A DNA stretch of 64,000 nucleotides from the human T2T-CHM13v2.0 reference genome, Homo sapiens: NCBI RefSeq assembly GCF_009914755.1, contig NC_060930.1; one strand, written 5' to 3'. Position 1 is the stretch's first letter. Every line of letters starts with the position of its first letter. The notes beneath the pieces are model-generated. The model was not told the origin of the DNA. It made no database searches and was given only the letters and a program-made list of their open reading frames with translations. This document shows positions 60,696 to 64,000 of this stretch, one piece after another. The translations under genes and the position numbers were made by a program.

Positions 60696-61280
60696 GAGGA
60701 ACTGAGAGATTAATTTTCCCCGTGGTCACATAGCAAGTGGTCTGATTCCAGACTTCATGTCCTTAACCATACACTATATAGGTGATTAAGAATGATGATT
60801 TATATTCCATGACCATCTACTGAAGGTCAACTAAATATCTTCTCACTGAACCCACGCAGTGTGACTTTATGGCAAATAGTTATTATTTCCATTAAACAGA
60901 TGAAGAAACTGATAGAGCAGGAAGTTAACCGACTCAAGGAAGGCCAAACCTCCAGTGCAGTACTAACACAAGAAATATTTCTTATCAGACTCTCAGTTTT
61001 CACGGAAAACCCTATTAAGCCTGAATGCTGTTGTATGAAATTAGCAGAATAAGTTAAGAGAGACACAGTAGAAAATATCTTTTGCTTTGGTCAGTTAAAC
61101 TTTTTATAGTAGATTTCTTTGCTTTTATTCTTATTTTTATTCATTTAGTTATTTTTGTGTGTATTGAGTGATCAGAATTAGATTGATTTTGTAATGCAGA
61201 CTTTTAAATTCTGAGAAAGCCATTTTGTGCTATTATAAGATCCTGTATTAAAGCATTGAGCACTTTAAAAGCATGAACTT

Positions 61281-61739
61281 TATTTTTTAACTTTTATTTT
61301 AGGTTCAGGGTTACATGTACAGGTTTGTTATATAGATAAACTGCACGTCACAGGGGTTTGGTGTACAGAAAATTTCATCACTCACGTAGTAAGCATAGTA
61401 CCCAATAGGTATTTTGTTTATCTTCTCCCTCCTCCTATACTCCACCCTCAAGTAGGCCCCAGTGTCTGTTGATCCCCTCCTAGTATTTGTGTGTTCTCAT
61501 TGCTTAACTCCCACTTATAAGTAAGAACACGTGATATTTGGTTTTCTGTGGTTCCTGTGGTAGTTCCTGTGGTAGTTTGCTTAGGATGATGGCCTCCACC
61601 TCCATTCGTGTTGCCGTAAAGGACATGATCTCATTCTTTCTTATGGCTGCATACTATTCCATGGTGAATATGTACCACATTTTCTATATCCAGTCTTCCA
61701 TTGACAGGCATTTAGGTAGATTTCATGTTTTTGCTATTA
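61281..61739 (-). mobile_element. 5'-truncated L1PA13-15-type 3' end
   Basis: Antisense 3' UTR (caccctcaagtaggccccagtgtctgttg). TSD aaaag(ca/tg)t(g/a)aactt at 61267-61280 and 61740-61753. Confidence 0.88.
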
Positions 61740-61769
61740 AAAAGTGTAAACTTCTTAATAAGAAACTTT

Positions 61770-62183
61770 TTGCACCCTCTGAAGCAATGGCCTGAGTTGT
61801 ACCTTGGCCCCTTTTAGCCACGACTGGACCTGAAGCAGCTGGGATGCAGGGTGCCATGTTCTGAGGCTGCACAGTGTTATGTAAGTGTGAGCTATGTAGA
61901 TGTACACAACAATACATACTCCATAAGACTCCACAGTTCTTTTTGAGTTATAAAGAGTCATTTCTTCCAAATCTAAATTTTATGACATAAATATATTCTA
62001 TGGTCTACATGTCCCCCAAATTCAAGTTTTGAAACTTAAACACCAATGTGATGGTATTAAGAGGTGTGACCTTTAAAAGGGGCGGAGATAACTAGCATAG
62101 GCCCTTTTGCTCTTCTGCCCTTCTGCCATATGAGGACACAGTGTTTGTCCTCTCTGAAGGATGCAGCAATGATGTATCATCTT
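61770..62183 (-). repeat. Composite inverted local duplication (copies of ~63523-63627 and ~60117-60428)
   Basis: Hand reverse-complement alignment to both source segments, including non-LTR flank. See findings. Confidence 0.92.
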
Positions 62184-62516
62184 CTGCTTTATTTAAATGG
62201 TACCATGAGCAGCATTATCAAAAGTCTACAGGTTACTTGGGTCTCACTGAGTAGTTGGAACTGCAACATGGACTCACCCATGGGTGGTGGACAACCTGTG
62301 TTTTTTAAGCCCAATAGCACTTACAAAAATGACTAGTGTCTTGAAAATTGAGTAATTGTATTTCTGGGATACAGTAGTTAAATTTTTCCCCATGACTCAG
62401 ACTGTATGAGGCAATTTTTAAATTCTTAACAAAACAGCCAATTTTGCCATATTATACACTACATTAGGATTGCTAAATATAATTCAATTCAACAGACATT
62501 TATGTTTCTTCATGTA

Positions 62517-62892
62517 AGATATGGTTTGGCTCTGCATCCCCACTCAGATCTCATCTCTAATTGTAGTCCCCATAATCCCCACATGTCGAGGGAGGAACCC
62601 AGTGGGAGGTGACTGGATCATGGGGCAATTTCCCCCATGATGTTCTCATGATAGTGAGTTCTCATGAGCTCTGATTGTTTTATAAAGAGCTCTTCCCCCT
62701 CCACTCCTCACTCTTCTCCCTCCTGCCACCTTGTGAAGAAGGTGTCTGCTTTCCTTTTGCCTTCTGCCATGATTGTAAGTTTCCTGAGGCCTCCCCAGAC
62801 ATGTGGAATGGTGAGTCAATTAAACCTCCTTTGTTTATAAATTATCCAGTCATGGGTATTTCTTTATAGCAGTGCAAAAACAGAAAAATACA
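62517..62892 (+). mobile_element. THE1D-like MaLR 5' LTR
   Basis: gatatggtttggctctg...ccataatccccacatgtcgagggagg...gagtcaattaaacctc...aaataca. Confidence 0.9.
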
Positions 62893-64000
62893 GTAAATTG
62901 GTACCACAGAGAGTGGGGTACTGCTATAAAGATATCTAAAAATGTAGAAGTGACTTTGGAACTGGGTAATGGGCAGAAGTTGGAACAATTTGGAAAGCTC
63001 AGAAATAAACAGGAAATGTGGGAAAGTTTGAACTTCCTAGAGACTTGTGGAATGGCTATGACCAAAATGCTGATAGTGATATGGACAATAAAGTCCAGGC
63101 TGAGGTAGTCTCAGATGGAAATGAGGAACTTGTTGGGAACTGGAGCAAAGATCACTCTTGCTATGCTTTAGCAAAGATATTGGTGGCATTTTGTCCCTGC
63201 CCTAGAGATCTGTGGAACTTTGAACTTGAGAGAGATGATCTGAAATTGGAACTTATGTTTAAAAGGGAAGCAGAGCATAAAAGTTTTTGAAAATTTGCAG
63301 CCTGATGATGTGATAGAAAAGAAAAACCCATTTTCTGGGGAGAAATTCAAGCCTGCTGCAAAAATTTGCATAATTAATGAGGAGCCAAATGTTAATCACC
63401 AAGACAGTGGGGAAAAGGTGTCCAGGCATTTCGGAGATCTTGGTGGCAGCCCTTCCCATCATAGGCCCAGAGGCCTAGGAGGAACAAACGGTTTTGTGGG
63501 TTGGGCCCAGGGTCCTGCTGCTGTGTGCAACCTCAGAACATGGCACCCTGCATCCCAGCTGTTTCAGGTCCATTCATGGCTACAAGGGGCCAAGGTACAG
63601 CTCAGGCCATTGCTTCAGAGGGTGCAAGCCCCAAGCCTTGGTGGCTTCCATGTGATGTTGGGCTTGTGGGTGTACAGAGTCAAGAATTGAGGTTTGGGAA
63701 CCTCTGCCTAGATTTAAGAGGATATATGGAAATGTCTAGACATCCAGGCAGAAGTTTGCTGCAGGGATGGAGCCCTCATGGAGAACCTCTGTTAGGACAG
63801 TGTGGAAGGGAAATTTGGAGTTGGGGCCCCCACACAGAGTCCCCACTGGGACACTGCCTAGTGGATCTGTGAGAAGAAGGTCAGCATCCTTCAGACCCCA
63901 GAATGGTAAATCCACTTTCAGCTTGCACTATGTGCCTGGAAAAGCTATAGGCACTCAATGCCAGCATGTGAAGGAGCTTCCCAAGGCCATGGGAGCTCAC
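62893..64000 (+). mobile_element. THE1-int (MaLR internal region), running off the window
   Basis: gtaaattggtacc directly after the LTR. Degenerate MaLR ORF peptides NVEVTLELGNG and QNADSDMDNKVQAEVVSDG. Confidence 0.92.

Noticed and set aside
54581-61739. Possible second split L1: the 5' end of the 61281-61739 piece overlaps by ~39 nt the L1 position where the 54581 segment stops
   Set aside because: The overlap is poorly identical (about a third mismatched), the diagnostic bases differ (ggcattta versus ggcacca), and the order along the element strand is reversed. It is probably coincidence, which also tempers the split-L1 claim at 26-3526.
62872-63872. Cluster of 78-131 aa ORFs
   Set aside because: Frameshifted remnants of the MaLR (THE1) internal ORF, with no intact frame.

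Overview
Primate, human-like nuclear DNA that is AT-rich, CpG-depleted and intergenic or deep-intronic in character. I found no credible protein-coding exon, CpG island, tRNA or CRISPR array, and I cannot place the locus on a chromosome from sequence alone. A large part of the window is transposable-element debris: L1PA/L1PB/L1M LINEs, ancient L2, L3/CR1 and MIR, nine Alus, MaLR/ERVL LTRs (THE1, MST, MLT1, LTR33) including a THE1 LTR with its internal region at the right end, DNA-transposon relics (Tigger3a, MER2, MER63, MER91A, hAT-Charlie) and microsatellites. The ORF track is essentially L1 ORF2 fragments, Alu-derived frames, LTR frames or chance ORFs. I see no support for a new gene system. 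The most interesting signals are structural fossils: (1) a two-part inverted templated insertion at ~61770-62183, stitched from sequence ~1.5 kb upstream and ~1.7 kb downstream with microhomology at the join; (2) a 40-nt tailless 5S rRNA retrocopy with a 13-bp target-site duplication (TSD); (3) an apparently split L1, plus three neighbouring L1PA7/8-type pieces that share non-consensus variants; (4) a 48-bp local L1 copy next to an unexplained GC-richer segment; (5) an AluY inserted at the edge of a perfect palindrome; (6) candidate RFX and IRF/AP-1 sites in a repeat-poor block. Repeat subfamily names come from recalled consensus features and need RepeatMasker/Dfam confirmation. Boundaries of old elements are approximate.
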